This document shows, in pieces, positions 1 through 8,580 of a stretch of DNA of 61,210 bases. Origin of the DNA: a virus (lineage: Duplodnaviria; Caudoviricetes); IMG/VR virus record IMGVR_UViG_3300037247_000367, positions 1 through 61,210 of that record. The stretch is one strand, 5' to 3'. Made by a program: the position numbers and the translations under genes. The notes beneath the pieces are model-generated. The model did not search any database, was not told the origin of the DNA, and saw only the letters and a program-made list of their open reading frames with translations. How positions within the stretch are numbered: position 1 is the stretch's first letter; each line of letters starts with the position of its first letter.

Positions 1-126
1 ATTAAAAAAGGAGATTTAGGAGGATGGGTCTCTGGCGATGCGTGGGTCTCTGGCGATGCGTGGGTCTATGGCGATGCGGAGGTCTATGGCAATGCGAGGG
101 TCTATGGCGATGCGAGGGTCTATGGC
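1..126. repeat. Terminal direct repeat (circular assembly overlap), copy 1
   Basis: Bases 1-126 are identical to 61068-61193; the next 17 nt differ at 2 positions. Confidence 0.95.
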
Positions 127-537
127 AATGCGTGGGTCTATGGCAATGCGAGGGTCTATGGCAATGCGAGGGTCTCTGGCGATGCGAGGGTCTATGGCGA
201 TGCGGAGGTCTCTGGCAATGCGAGGGTCTCTGGCGATGCGTGGGTCTATGGCGATGCGTGGGTCTATGGCGATGCGGAGGTCTATGGCAATGCGAGGGTC
301 TCTGGCAATGCGAGGGTCTATGGCGATGCGTGGGATAAATCACCTCTGCAACTTCAGGGTACAAGAGATTTTGTCAATATCTGCAAAAAAGGATATATCA
401 AAATAGGATGTTTTGAATTAACCTTTAAAGAGTGGAAGAAAAAGTATAAGGAAATAGGAGAAGAAAACGGCTATACAAAGGAGCAAATCAATGAGTATGG
501 CTTATACATTAACCTGATAATTAAACTTTATTCTTAA
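1..537 (+). CDS. C-terminal part of a hexapeptide-repeat (left-handed beta-helix, YdcK-like) phage protein; starts at 60969 across the junction, about 211 aa in total
   Basis: Frame 1 reads IKKGDLGGW(V[SY]G[DN]A[WRE])x17 DKSPLQ... to TAA at 535-537. Not in the ORF track because the ATG is at the other end of the window. Confidence 0.9.
   Translation: MKKGDLGGWVSGDAWVSGDAWVYGDAEVYGNARVYGDARVYGNAWVYGNARVYGNARVSGDARVYGDAEVSGNARVSGDAWVYGDAWVYGDAEVYGNARVSGNARVYGDAWDKSPLQLQGTRDFVNICKKGYIKIGCFELTFKEWKKKYKEIGEENGYTKEQINEYGLYINLIIKLYS
28..333 (+). repeat. 17 x 18-bp coding tandem repeat GTC T(A/C)T GGC (G/A)AT GCG (TGG/AGG/GAG)
   Basis: Units counted directly in the sequence. Confidence 0.97.
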
Positions 538-709
538 TGACAAAAAAAGAACTCGATTATCGCACAATTATAGCTAAATTGCAAGGTAGTATAATGGGAA
601 TAATAATCAATTTAAAATTAAAAAACCCAACGATAAAATCAGAGATAAATCGCTTAGAACAAGCCGTAAAGCGATCTGAAAATCAATTAATAACCTTAAA
701 TAAAAACCA

Positions 710-1540
710 ATGAACACAGAAACACCCACAATAAAACAAATACAATGGTTTGATAACAGGTATTATCGAATCGACTTTGGAAAGGATGGCATAGAATATT
801 ACCCATCTGTTACAACTAAATTAAATGCAGAGGCAAAGCCATTCTTAGCACGGTGGCGGGGCGATATTGGAAACCGAGAGGCAGATATAAGAATGAGAGA
901 AGCTGCCGACAGGGGTAGCCGTATTCATTACGGGTGGTATTTAATGACTACGCAAGGTGCAGTAATTTATAACCCCTTTCAAAACCCTAACTATACTAAA
1001 GACCAAATCAAAGAAATAGAGAGCAAAGCAAACGGCATTTTAATACTTGAAAATCAGGATGAAATGTACGATCTTTACAAATTACAGGAATGGCATAAGA
1101 TAGTACAGCCAAAGATTGAGGCATCTGAATTGATTGTTTACTCTAAAAAGAACAGAGAAGCCGGACAATTAGACAGCTTAATGTACATCAAAGAAGGAAG
1201 GTATCAGGTAAGCGGAGCAAAAGAAATACATATTGCAGAGGGTCTTTATGTAGCTGATTTAAAAACAGGGAAAGCGATGCCGGATAGCGCCTTTATGCAA
1301 ATCTCATCTTACGCTGCGTGTTATATGGAAATGACAGGGGTAAAGATCGCAGGCGGGATAGTGATACATACCGGCTCTAAAACAAAAACAGGCATAGCGG
1401 GGCTTTCTACTTTTGTCAAAACAATAGACGAATTAAAAACGGACTTTGAGAATTACAGGGCGGTTGCTAATGTTTGGGAGCGATTGTTTTCAGGCAGCCA
1501 ACCAAAGATTTTTAACTTTCCTTCAATAATTAAACTTTAA
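710..1540 (+). CDS. PD-(D/E)XK exonuclease (Cas4/lambda-exo-like recombination nuclease)
   Basis: YPSVTT, RGSRIH, GQLD...DLKTG...QISSY motifs. Confidence 0.8.
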   Translation: MNTETPTIKQIQWFDNRYYRIDFGKDGIEYYPSVTTKLNAEAKPFLARWRGDIGNREADIRMREAADRGSRIHYGWYLMTTQGAVIYNPFQNPNYTKDQIKEIESKANGILILENQDEMYDLYKLQEWHKIVQPKIEASELIVYSKKNREAGQLDSLMYIKEGRYQVSGAKEIHIAEGLYVADLKTGKAMPDSAFMQISSYAACYMEMTGVKIAGGIVIHTGSKTKTGIAGLSTFVKTIDELKTDFENYRAVANVWERLFSGSQPKIFNFPSIIKL

Positions 1541-1544
1541 AATC

Positions 1545-1871
1545 ATGGAATACACTCTTGAAAAGGTAAACATCAAAGACAAGGTAACAGGCGAGACAAA
1601 AGGTCGCAAATGGTCATTAACTCCTGTTGGTTTGCTTATAAGTGGTAAATGGTACAACAGTGCCGTATTTGAAGAAAAGCAGCTAGAGGGCTTAAAAGTG
1701 GGCTTAAAAGCAGATTTAATCCTTTACGAAGAAGAATACAAGGGAAAGATGTATGACAAATTTAAGTTCCCGACAGAAAGCGATGAAATAAAATCCCGTA
1801 TTGAGAGGTTAGAAAAGGCACTTGCAACACTTTATAACAACCCAAAGATAAAAGAATTACTTAACCTTTAA
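1545..1871 (+). CDS. Hypothetical protein, possibly ssDNA-binding/annealing partner of the exonuclease
   Basis: Clean ORF immediately after the exonuclease; function inferred from position only. Confidence 0.5.
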   Translation: MEYTLEKVNIKDKVTGETKGRKWSLTPVGLLISGKWYNSAVFEEKQLEGLKVGLKADLILYEEEYKGKMYDKFKFPTESDEIKSRIERLEKALATLYNNPKIKELLNL

Positions 1872-1881
1872 ATAAAACACT

Positions 1882-2493
1882 ATGAAAACAGAGCAAGTAC
1901 AAAAAGAATGTTCCATTTATCAAATTAAAATAGGAACGGCAGTAACAAGAATGAACCCAGCAAAAAGTTTACCCCCAATGCCTGATATGTTTACAGGTCA
2001 AATGGTAGAAAGGTGCGGAGATAGATCATATATGGGTGATAAATTGATTTTTATGGGTATTGCAAACGGACAAATATATCTTGAAAGGACGGGAACGGAA
2101 AAAGATATATTTGGCGACAAGTTAATTGACTTATCTCTCGACCTATGGGACGAAGGATGGGTTGAATTTATAGACCCGAAAACGCTTGCAGGTAATAATT
2201 ATTTTGCCGTATCGAAAAAGAAATTACAGCAAATGTTAAAAAAGGCAGAGATTGACGAAGATTATGAATTAGCAAGTAAACTCAAAAAAGCCATAAATAA
2301 AACTTTAACCAATGAAAAACACAATGCAAGAAAACCCGACCCAAACGACAAAGATTTTACTCTACTTAAAAGAGGGCAACAAGATCACAGGAATGGATGC
2401 TTTAAATCTATTTGGTTGCTGGAGGTTGGGTGCGAGAATCCACAATATCAGGGCAATGGGTTTCAATGTAAAAACAAAGTTAATCACTACTAA
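1882..2493 (+). CDS. Hypothetical protein with a UVR-like motif; C-terminus overlaps the next gene
   Basis: AEIDEDYELASKLK resembles a UVR domain; 182-nt overlap with 2312..2560. Confidence 0.55.
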   Translation: MKTEQVQKECSIYQIKIGTAVTRMNPAKSLPPMPDMFTGQMVERCGDRSYMGDKLIFMGIANGQIYLERTGTEKDIFGDKLIDLSLDLWDEGWVEFIDPKTLAGNNYFAVSKKKLQQMLKKAEIDEDYELASKLKKAINKTLTNEKHNARKPDPNDKDFTLLKRGQQDHRNGCFKSIWLLEVGCENPQYQGNGFQCKNKVNHY

Positions 2494-2560
2494 TAGTAAA
2501 AAAGTTGTTGCAGAATACGAACTCATAAAAGGTTATCATCAAACCAAATTATTTAACTAA
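2312..2560 (+). CDS. Small winged-HTH phage protein (HTH_39-like)
   Basis: QxxxILxYL..G..IT..DA...FGC.RL.ARI..IR pattern. Confidence 0.75.
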   Translation: MKNTMQENPTQTTKILLYLKEGNKITGMDALNLFGCWRLGARIHNIRAMGFNVKTKLITTNSKKVVAEYELIKGYHQTKLFN

Positions 2561-2572
2561 ACACAATGAATT

Positions 2573-2773
2573 ATGAGTTATTTACTTAAAGAATTTGACG
2601 AAGTCAGGAAGAATATAAAAACTGATGCAAAAGGGATAGAGGCATTAAAAGTATTTAGGAAAAGTTTAAAAAGAACAGAAAAACACTCTGATAAGTTCGG
2701 TGAATATTTTGACCGTTCATTAAATAGTGGAGAAATGTCCGATGGGTTGGCTAAAAGTATGGGATTGCTTTAA
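2573..2773 (+). CDS. Hypothetical protein
   Basis: ORF in early operon with A-rich leader. Confidence 0.55.
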   Translation: MSYLLKEFDEVRKNIKTDAKGIEALKVFRKSLKRTEKHSDKFGEYFDRSLNSGEMSDGLAKSMGLL

Positions 2774-2819
2774 TGATTAACCACTTATAAACTAAAACAA
2801 TTAACTAAAAACTAAAACG

Positions 2820-3056
2820 ATGAGAACACAGGAACAAATTAAAAGACAAGTTGACGGCTTAAAAGAAGAAAAGAAATCCTTGCCGGAAATGAGCGAATTA
2901 GGCACTAATAATTGGGAATGTATTGATGCACAACTTGACATTCTCGAAGGCATAAAAGACCTATCTGATTTTGAAGATGCCTCAGATGATACCTACATGG
3001 CTGCCAATGATGCTGCAAATTGGGTAGAAGAAGAAGAAGATAACGATTTATTTTAG
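2820..3056 (+). CDS. Small acidic hypothetical protein
   Basis: ORF with A-rich leader; D/E-rich C-terminus. Confidence 0.6.
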   Translation: MRTQEQIKRQVDGLKEEKKSLPEMSELGTNNWECIDAQLDILEGIKDLSDFEDASDDTYMAANDAANWVEEEEDNDLF

Positions 3057-3160
3057 CACCACCGGGAGATACGTGAACCCACTGGGGATATGGTTCTCGC
3101 TGCGAGAAAGCCCCAAAACCCGTCTTAGTTAGCTGCGTAGCGCAATTTAAGGTGTGGTGT
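3056..3160 (+). ncRNA. Candidate structured intergenic element
   Basis: GC-rich island with GCACCAC/GTGGTGT closing stem, TGGGG/CCCCA helix and TTCTCGC-T-GCGAGAA inverted repeat. Confidence 0.35.
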
Positions 3161-3190
3161 TAATAACTTGACCATTTTGTTAAAAAGTAT

Positions 3191-3227
3191 TTGTAGGTTA
3201 TATTAAACTAATGTTTATTTTTGTGCC
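3191..3227 (+). promoter_or_regulatory. Bacteroidota-type promoter (TTG ... TATTTTTG) with an overlapping TAAAC-N4-GTTTA palindrome
   Basis: -7 box 3216-3223; palindrome at 3204-3217 with a second copy at 3437-3450. Confidence 0.7.
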
Positions 3228-3413
3228 ATGAATGAAAAGAAAGTCAAATCAATTTTAGATGCAAGGGGCGTAAAGTACGTTTGGCTTGCTGATAAATTGG
3301 GCATAACTCGGTCATTGGTTACTCAATGGTTTAATAACGGAGTAGAAATACCCGAAAAACATCATATAAGGATTGCCGAAATTTTAAGTATGCCATTAAT
3401 TGAATTGAGGTAA
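3228..3413 (+). CDS. XRE/Cro-like HTH regulator
   Basis: WLADKLGITRSLVTQW helix-turn-helix; sits upstream of the replication genes. Confidence 0.85.
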   Translation: MNEKKVKSILDARGVKYVWLADKLGITRSLVTQWFNNGVEIPEKHHIRIAEILSMPLIELR

Positions 3414-3452
3414 CGACTTTTTTTTATTAGAGAAAGTAAACAATAGTTTAAT

Positions 3453-4166
3453 ATGGCACTTAGAGATCAACCATATATCCCGCTTTATGTTCAAGATATT
3501 ATGACAGATGAAAAGCTAAATGAATGTTCCGCATCTACACATGGAATTTATATCAAAGGAATAATGTGTTTAATGCATAAGTCAGAAGATTATGGCACTA
3601 TTTTGCTAAAGCAAAAGTATAAGCAAACAAAGAAGCAAAGTAAAAATTTTGCTTGTCAGCTTGTTAAACATTTGCCTTATACTGTTGATGAAATTAGCAA
3701 CGCAATAGATGAGTTAATAAGTGAAAAGGTGTGCTATTTTGATGGTGATAAGCTATGCCAAAAACGTATGATAAAGGACAATAAGATTAGCATCCTACGC
3801 TCAAGGTCAGGTAAAAAGGGGGGCGATAAAACAGGTAAGATATTTGCTTTAGCAAAACCACAAGCAAACCCTGAATATGAAAATGAAGATGAAATTGTAA
3901 TTGAAGTAGTAAAGTATTTAAACTTAAAAGTAAATAGTAACTATTCTTACAATGCAAGAAATATTCAGCAATTAGTAATGGATAGGTTAGAGGAAAAATT
4001 TACCCTTAATGACTTTAAAAAGGTAATTGACAATAAATGCAGAGATTGGTTAAACACTCAATACGCTAAATATCTACGACCTGAAACACTATTTAGCGTA
4101 GAACATTTCGATAGTTACTTAAACGAAAAAGCACCAAAGGGACAATCCGAAATAACAATAGTATGA
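3453..4166 (+). CDS. Phage replication initiator / replisome organiser
   Basis: N-terminal PYIPLYVQD wHTH-type domain and C-terminal YLRPETLF...FDSYLN (Phg_2220_C-like); followed by a helicase. Confidence 0.85.
   Translation: MALRDQPYIPLYVQDIMTDEKLNECSASTHGIYIKGIMCLMHKSEDYGTILLKQKYKQTKKQSKNFACQLVKHLPYTVDEISNAIDELISEKVCYFDGDKLCQKRMIKDNKISILRSRSGKKGGDKTGKIFALAKPQANPEYENEDEIVIEVVKYLNLKVNSNYSYNARNIQQLVMDRLEEKFTLNDFKKVIDNKCRDWLNTQYAKYLRPETLFSVEHFDSYLNEKAPKGQSEITIV
3601..3868. repeat. Candidate origin iterons inside the initiator gene
   Basis: AAGCAAA at 3609, 3621, 3633 (12-bp period) and 3862; palindromes TTTTGCT-AA-AGCAAAA (3601-3616) and TTTGCT-TT-AGCAAA (3843-3856). Confidence 0.55.
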
Positions 4167-5068
4167 ATTGGCATAACACACATACACTTTCAAAGCAATT
4201 AGAATACATCTACGAACATGGATTACAGAGAGGGGTGAGCGTTGGGTGGAAAGGATGGGATGAACACTATACTGTTTTAAAAGGCACTACTACATATTGG
4301 GGTGGGTTGGCATCACATGGCAAATCATACCTAATATTAAACGTCCTTAGAAACCTAACTGATCTATACGATTGGAAACACGCAATATTCAGCCCTGAAT
4401 TTGGGTACGCTAACAGGGTAATGAACAAACTCATTAAAATCCATGCCGGAAAGACGATGGGAAAAGCATCTATGAGTAAAGACGAATTTTATAAATGGAT
4501 TAAACAGCTTGAACATAACTACCATATCTTAGAACTAAAAGACGATGAGTTATATTTGGATAACTTTATTGAAGCGATTAAAAGTTTATTAGTAATGAAT
4601 GAAGTAGATACCATAACGCTTGATCCTTTTAATGAGTTAAGGCATAGTTTTGAAAAGCACGGGGGCAGAGAGGATAAATATTTAGAAGATAAGCTATCAG
4701 AGATAAGACGTATAGCATCAGAGTATGATGTTCATATAAACATAGCAGCACATTCGAGAAGCGATAGAAGCGGACAGCGTGGTACACACCCTAAAGCACC
4801 GAGTATGTATGAATTTTCAGGTGGTGAGGCATTTGCTAACAAGGCAATGAATGTTATAATTGTTCACCGACCATTTTCAGAAGTGGATGAGGACGGCAGT
4901 TTAACAGGTATGACATTCCCTCAACACAATCAATCAGAGATAGGTTTTTTAAAGATCAAGCCGGAAGAAGTTGGCAAAAGAGGCAGCTTGAGGATGAGAT
5001 ACAATTTTAGTTCAAGCAGGTTTTACGAAAAGAAATTAGGACAGGAGGTATATTGTGAAATATTATAA
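4163..5068 (+). CDS. SF4 (DnaB/T7 gp4-like) replicative helicase domain
   Basis: Walker A GLASHGKS, FSPE, Walker B ITLDP, AAH...YEFSG motifs. Confidence 0.85.
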   Translation: MNWHNTHTLSKQLEYIYEHGLQRGVSVGWKGWDEHYTVLKGTTTYWGGLASHGKSYLILNVLRNLTDLYDWKHAIFSPEFGYANRVMNKLIKIHAGKTMGKASMSKDEFYKWIKQLEHNYHILELKDDELYLDNFIEAIKSLLVMNEVDTITLDPFNELRHSFEKHGGREDKYLEDKLSEIRRIASEYDVHINIAAHSRSDRSGQRGTHPKAPSMYEFSGGEAFANKAMNVIIVHRPFSEVDEDGSLTGMTFPQHNQSEIGFLKIKPEEVGKRGSLRMRYNFSSSRFYEKKLGQEVYCEIL

Positions 5069-5294
5069 AGACAAGGTATTAGTAGTGGGTTATTTAGCAG
5101 GCGTACAGGGCGACCTGGAAGGGAGGTTGGACGTATTTGAAGGCAACTTTATAATTAAGGAACCCAAAGAAGAAAGGAAAAAGACAATAGAAAACCACGT
5201 CAGAATAATGAAATTAACACAGACCTTTTTACATGAACTTTGGGACGATTATAATAAACTATTAAAGGAACACAATGAGCAAAGGCAGGTGTAA
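5055..5294 (+). CDS. Hypothetical protein
   Basis: Overlaps the helicase stop; coupled ORF. Confidence 0.5.
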   Translation: MKYYKDKVLVVGYLAGVQGDLEGRLDVFEGNFIIKEPKEERKKTIENHVRIMKLTQTFLHELWDDYNKLLKEHNEQRQV

Positions 5295-5472
5295 ATGGTG
5301 TAATAAGTCAATAATAAGAGGCAAATTTTGTGGCGAATACAATCATAAGGGATTATATAAGAAATTCAGGGAAGGTTTCAGGGCAGAAATGATAAACATA
5401 CAATTAAAGCCCAAACCAAAGGGCAGCGATAAATATAGACGAATAAGAAACCAACTATTAAATGAATATTAA
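5275..5472 (+). CDS. Small Cys-motif hypothetical protein
   Basis: CKWC...FC...H motif. Confidence 0.5.
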   Translation: MSKGRCKWCNKSIIRGKFCGEYNHKGLYKKFREGFRAEMINIQLKPKPKGSDKYRRIRNQLLNEY

Positions 5473-5917
5473 AATGCGAGGATATTTTGGAATAGGAATT
5501 GAGAATACTAAAACCAAAGCGAACATCGGTACACTTTGGCGATCAGCTTATGGATTAGGCGCAGCATTCATTTTTGTTATTGGCAACCGATATAAAAAAC
5601 AATCCAGCGATACAGTAAAGGCAATGCGACATATTCCAATGTATCATTATGATACTTTTGAACAATTCTATGAAAATATGCCAAAGGATTGTCTATTAAT
5701 AGGGGTAGAATTACATAGCCGGGCAAGGGAATTAAGCACCTATGGGCATCCTGAAAGAGCAATTTACTTACTTGGAGCAGAGGATAGCGGATTAAGCAAA
5801 AAGGCACTTGAAAAATGTCATAGTTTAATACAATTTAAAAGTAATTATTGTTTAAATGTAGCAGTTGCCGGAAGTATTATAATGTACGACAGGCAATCTA
5901 AAACCAACTCAAAATGA
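5462..5917 (+). CDS. SpoU/TrmH-family (SPOUT) RNA 2'-O-methyltransferase
   Basis: NIGTLWRSA, LGAEDSGL and CLNVAVAGSI SPOUT motifs. Confidence 0.92.
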   Translation: MNIKMRGYFGIGIENTKTKANIGTLWRSAYGLGAAFIFVIGNRYKKQSSDTVKAMRHIPMYHYDTFEQFYENMPKDCLLIGVELHSRARELSTYGHPERAIYLLGAEDSGLSKKALEKCHSLIQFKSNYCLNVAVAGSIIMYDRQSKTNSK

Positions 5918-6630
5918 AAAAACCAACTTTCAAAGAATACCTAAAAGACCACATCAAAAGGGCGGAAAAAGCAGGTGTGACCTGCGAGGAATTTGACAAA
6001 GTAAAAAGAGTTAAAACTCAAGGGTCTTTTCTCAAAATTCTTGCTGATAACATCAGTTATTTATATGACGAAAAAATTGTCGAATTAAAGCACTTGCAAT
6101 TTTTCGATCAAAAAGAATTGTTGAAAGTTGGAATTTACATAACCGGCAATCATTCGATTGACAAAGGTGCGGTGTTTATTGGAGGCGATGTAACGATAAA
6201 CGATGTCTGGGGCGGAACGATAAAATATGTCTGGGGCGGAACGATAAACGATGTCAGGGGCGGAACGATAAACGATGTCAGGGGCGGAACGATAAACGAT
6301 GTCAGGGGCGGAACGATAAACGATGTCTGGGGCGGAACGATAAAATATGTCTGGGGCGGAACGATAAACGATGTCTGGGGCGGAACGATAAAATATGTCT
6401 GGGGCGGAACGATAAAATATGTCTGGGGCGGAACGATAAACGATGTCAGGGGCGGAACGATAAACGATGTCTGGGGCGGAACGATAAAATATGTCTGGGG
6501 CGGAACGATAAACGATGTCTGGGGCAATATAGACAGAATTGGGAAAATCTCAAATTTGGGCGTTGTGAAATGTATGAAAGAGAATAAAATCTATGTCAAA
6601 AAGGGTAAATTTGAAATCGTGGAATTATGA
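5914..6630 (+). CDS. Octapeptide-repeat (TI[ND/KY]V[WR]GG) predicted beta-solenoid protein
   Basis: 14 in-frame repeats between unique N- and C-terminal parts. Confidence 0.85.
   Translation: MKKPTFKEYLKDHIKRAEKAGVTCEEFDKVKRVKTQGSFLKILADNISYLYDEKIVELKHLQFFDQKELLKVGIYITGNHSIDKGAVFIGGDVTINDVWGGTIKYVWGGTINDVRGGTINDVRGGTINDVRGGTINDVWGGTIKYVWGGTINDVWGGTIKYVWGGTIKYVWGGTINDVRGGTINDVWGGTIKYVWGGTINDVWGNIDRIGKISNLGVVKCMKENKIYVKKGKFEIVEL
6193..6525 (+). repeat. 14 x 24-bp coding tandem repeat ACG ATA (AAC GAT/AAA TAT) GTC (T/A)GG GGC GGA
   Basis: Counted directly; three unit types in the order ABCCCABABBCABA. Confidence 0.97.
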
Positions 6631-6802
6631 AAAAATTAACCTACAAGGGCAAGGACGTCAAGGCGGTGAAAAGAGGTAAAAATTGCGATGATTGTATTTT
6701 TTATGAATGGTGTAATAATGGTTACACGCTTACCCCAACGAGATGGGAAACGGAAAGTGAAATACGTGGATGCCAAGACACAGATAAAAAATACCTATAC
6801 AA

Positions 6803-7207
6803 ATGATATACGACCTCTCATCACAAATTGACCGCAAGCGAGCCGAAAAGAGGTTTGTTCAACTCATGGGTGAGGAAGTGAAAATCGAGTTAAAGAAGAA
6901 ACAAAAGCGCAGCATCCGGCAAAATTCGTATCTTCATTTGTTAATCGGATATTTTGCGATTGAGACAGGTTACACGACAGTTGAGGCAAAGCAGATATAC
7001 AAAAACTGTTCACCAGAAATTTTTGAATATGAAAACAAGGGTGTAAATTTTATCCGGTCAAGTGCCGACCTTTCAACAACTGATATGAGTAAGTCAATAG
7101 ATAAATTCAGGGATATGTCAAGTAGCGAAGCAGGCGTATATCTACCCGAAGCAAACGAGGACAAGTTTTTAGACGAGATAGAAGCCGAATTACAAAGGAA
7201 TAGATAA
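6803..7207 (+). CDS. NinB-like recombination protein
   Basis: KRSIRQNSYLH and RSSADLST..MS..ID..R motifs. Confidence 0.75.
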   Translation: MIYDLSSQIDRKRAEKRFVQLMGEEVKIELKKKQKRSIRQNSYLHLLIGYFAIETGYTTVEAKQIYKNCSPEIFEYENKGVNFIRSSADLSTTDMSKSIDKFRDMSSSEAGVYLPEANEDKFLDEIEAELQRNR

Positions 7208-7215
7208 AAGATTAG

Positions 7216-7812
7216 ATGACCTTTATTTTTAATAAAATGGATAGAAACCCAAAAGGGCAATTTATAAAAGGGTCAAAGTTGAGCAAGGTAAAAAAGGGAA
7301 TAGTAATAAAATGTTTAAAGTGTGAAAGGGAAAAATATATTCGTTTCAATCGTATGAAATGGGTAAACAAATTTTGTAGTAAAAAATGTTATGTTGATTT
7401 TTTAAAAGCAAATACATATAAGTTAAAATGTATAATTTGTGAAAAAGTGTTTAATTGTGCGCCTTCTGAAATAAAATGGAGAAATAGAAAAACCTGTTCT
7501 ATGGAATGCCGTAGCAAATTAGCAGTTCAAAGGGGAGAAGAAAGAAGGGAAAACCAGCCAACGGCAAAGAAAAACAGAGCATTAAGAGGTTCAAAGAAAT
7601 TTGAAGATTGGAGAAAGGCGGTATTTGAAAGAGATAATTATACTTGTCAAAAATGTGAAGCACGAAGCAAAAAGGGTAATCCAGTTTATTTAGAACCGCA
7701 CCATATAAAACAATTTGCTTTTTATCCTGAATTAAGATTCGATATAAACAACGGGCAAACATTATGCTATAAGTGTCATAAAAAAACAAAACATACAAGA
7801 GTAAAAAAATGA
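7216..7812 (+). CDS. HNH endonuclease with N-terminal CxxC/CSxxC zinc-finger repeats
   Basis: WR..VFERDNYTCQKC, HHIK, NGQTLC..CH. Confidence 0.9.
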   Translation: MTFIFNKMDRNPKGQFIKGSKLSKVKKGIVIKCLKCEREKYIRFNRMKWVNKFCSKKCYVDFLKANTYKLKCIICEKVFNCAPSEIKWRNRKTCSMECRSKLAVQRGEERRENQPTAKKNRALRGSKKFEDWRKAVFERDNYTCQKCEARSKKGNPVYLEPHHIKQFAFYPELRFDINNGQTLCYKCHKKTKHTRVKK

Positions 7813-8174
7813 AATCTATTGATAAAGCATTGGACAATTTGTGGTCGGAACTTGTTAAGTTGAGGGCTGGCAATAAATGCGAAGTTTGTGGAAAAGTCCG
7901 CAATCTCAATAGCCACCACGTTTATTCAAGGGCAATGAAGTCTGTTAGATGGGATGTAATTAACGGGATAAGTTTATGCGTGGGATGTCATGTCGGCACA
8001 AAGTTTTCCGCTCATAAAACACCTAACGACTTTTCAGAGTGGAGTAAAAAGAAAAGGGGACAGGCATGGTTTGATTTATTACAGGCAAAGGCGCATAGTA
8101 TAAGTAAATTGCATCCTTTTGAAAAAGAATTACTGGCTAAGGAACTGAAGAAAGAGATTGATGGATTAAAATGA
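7809..8174 (+). CDS. NinG/Rap-like HNH-type nuclease
   Basis: LD.LWS..V..R, CEVCG, HHVYSR...RWD..N...LCVGCH. Confidence 0.75.
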   Translation: MKSIDKALDNLWSELVKLRAGNKCEVCGKVRNLNSHHVYSRAMKSVRWDVINGISLCVGCHVGTKFSAHKTPNDFSEWSKKKRGQAWFDLLQAKAHSISKLHPFEKELLAKELKKEIDGLK

Positions 8175-8331
8175 AAATAATTGCAACAAAGAAAAACAAA
8201 ACCGAAAAAGTAATATTTGATTACCCTGATATGTCAGAAAAGGAAGCCAAAAAACGTGCTAAGGATCACATAAGGGAATTAACAAAGTCGGAGACGGGCA
8301 AGAGGATGTGGGGCTGGAAATTTAAAGTACA

Positions 8332-8580
8332 ATGAACTGGAAAGAAACAAAAGGCACAATAAAAGCTAATTATAGCAAAAAACACCTTAAAGAATATGGC
8401 TTTAAAAGAAGGATATATATAATTTTAGCCAACACTTATATAACGTTAAAAGCATTTTTATTAGCAATAATTGGTTGGGCTAAGGGGAGTTATCCAAAAA
8501 GCAAAAAATATCAAAATGAGAACCATATATTCAAAGCATGGTTTTGCGAGGCATGGGTTATTGAAATGCTTAAATGGTAA
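8332..8580 (+). CDS. Hypothetical protein
   Basis: ORF track; lies within the operon. Confidence 0.45.
   Translation: MNWKETKGTIKANYSKKHLKEYGFKRRIYIILANTYITLKAFLLAIIGWAKGSYPKSKKYQNENHIFKAWFCEAWVIEMLKW

Noticed and set aside
2-406. ORF-track calls 2..364(-), 24..338(+) and 38..406(+)
   Set aside because: Shadow frames of the stop-free 18-bp repeat. The real gene is frame 1, continuous with the ATG at 60969.
710-1540. Cas4 as evidence of a CRISPR system
   Set aside because: It lacks the Fe-S cysteine set and any cas context; it reads as an ordinary phage recombination nuclease.
3138-3152. GCGCAATTTAAGG as a distant IS1380-like right end
   Set aside because: Short match with no corresponding left end near the transposase; likely chance.
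28-6525. Repeat arrays as CRISPR arrays or DGR template/variable regions
   Set aside because: Units are contiguous, in frame and have no spacers. There is no cas operon or reverse transcriptase and no separate TR/VR pair, although most toggles involve an A.
6150-6527. Minus-strand PPQTSFIV repeat ORF
   Set aside because: Antisense shadow of the 24-bp array.
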